A DNA stretch of 64,000 nt from the NCBI GenBank assembly GCA_963798085.1, contig CAWCRS010000005.1, positions 256,001 through 320,000 on the forward strand, read 5' to 3'. Position 1 is the stretch's first letter; the number at the start of each line of letters is the position of its first letter. This DNA is from an uncultured Gemmatimonadales bacterium. GTDB taxonomy: Bacteria; Gemmatimonadota; Gemmatimonadetes; Longimicrobiales; RSA9. The position numbers and the translations under genes are program-made. Below, in pieces: positions 63,183 to 64,000 of this stretch. The notes under the pieces were generated by a model. The model searched no databases and was not told where the DNA came from. It saw only the letters and a program-made list of their open reading frames with translations.

Positions 63183-63239
63183 GGATCCGCTTCCCCCGCT
63201 CCATTGGCTGCGGGCGCGCGCCGGGGCGCACGTCCGGGT

Positions 63240-64000
63240 TCAGTCCCTGTACAACCCTGCGGCAATGAGGCCGCGCAGCATTTCGTTGGTGCCGGTCAGG
63301 ATCTCGGTGGCCTTGGCATCGCGCATCAGCTTCTCGACCGGATAGTCGCGCATGTAGCCGTAGCCGCCGAAGATCTGCACCGCCTGGGTGGTGACCCACA
63401 TCGCTGCCTCGCTGGCGAACACCCGGGCGCGTGCGGCCGCCAGGGGCGAGGCATCGGCGGCCGCGGCGTACACGGCGGCGCGCGCCGCATCCACGCGGAT
63501 GTCCATGTCAGCAAGCTTCATTTGCAAGCCTTCGAACGTGCGCAGCTTGCGACCGAACTGCTCGCGAACATCGGCGTACGCAGTGGCGTGCTCCAGCGCG
63601 TTGCGCGCGATGCCCAGCGCGATCGCCGCCGTGCCCACGCGCTGCACGCGCGCCAGCGCATCGCGCAGAACCGGCGAGCTGCCCAGGATCGCTTCGGCCG
63701 GAATGGCGGCGCCGTCCAGCGACGCCGTTTCCAGTCGCGCGGCAGACAGCCCCAATGTGGTCTCGCGCGCCGTCCATGCGACCATGCCCGGCTCCACGGC
63801 GAATACGACGTGCAGCGCGTCACCCCGTCCACCGCACTGAGCCGTCGCGAGCAGCAGCGGTGCAGGCGACGCGTGCAGGACCCAGCGCGTCGTACCACTC
63901 AGCTTCCAGCCGTCCTGCTCCTCCGCCTGCAAAGCGGTGTCCGCATCAGGCGCGAGGGAGAGCGCACCCGTACGCCGCCCAGTTGCCAGCGCGTCGAGCC
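63240..64000 (-). CDS. Acyl-CoA dehydrogenase family protein, 5' end outside the window
   Basis: W.L.G...W, REQFG, Q.KLADM, AVQIFGGYGYMRDYPVEKLMRDAK. Confidence 0.88.
   Translation of the reverse strand, partial: LDALATGRRTGALSLAPDADTALQAEEQDGWKLSGTTRWVLHASPAPLLLATAQCGGRGDALHVVFAVEPGMVAWTARETTLGLSAARLETASLDGAAIPAEAILGSSPVLRDALARVQRVGTAAIALGIARNALEHATAYADVREQFGRKLRTFEGLQMKLADMDIRVDAARAAVYAAAADASPLAAARARVFASEAAMWVTTQAVQIFGGYGYMRDYPVEKLMRDAKATEILTGTNEMLRGLIAAGLYRD

Overview
High-GC bacterial chromosome segment. Gene content suggests a Gemmatimonadota-like organism (inference only). 1-14.9 kb is a glucuronoxylan/hexuronate locus: uxuA, eda, kdgK, an ExuT-like MFS transporter, a glucarate-dehydratase-like enolase-superfamily enzyme, xylA, a FadR/GntR regulator, GH10, GH43 and GH115. 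It also holds three decayed genes: an internally deleted GH67, a GH3 Fn3 tail and a TonB-plug-like lipoprotein. 15-43 kb is accessory: a HEAT-repeat/HD-GYP pair sharing an unnamed N-terminal domain, an EEP nuclease, M28 and M20 peptidases, TetR with a decayed CocE/NonD hydrolase, greA, a multi-receiver signalling cluster, sthA, REC-HD-GYP, an ECF sigma/anti-sigma/PDZ/membrane operon, a sigma54-driven beta-barrel OMP and qor. 43.6-52 kb holds a MarR-EmrB-TolC-EmrA efflux operon, PadR with a duplicated orphan permease, and DinB. 52-64 kb is housekeeping: ilvE, ftsB, eno, plsC, thiL, nnr, glyA, Leu dehydrogenase and acyl-CoA dehydrogenase. Single-base frameshifts occur even in eno and ftsB, so many indels are probably long-read consensus errors. 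I saw no rRNA, tRNA, CRISPR array, transposase, integrase or reverse transcriptase. All family assignments come from motif recognition, not database searches.
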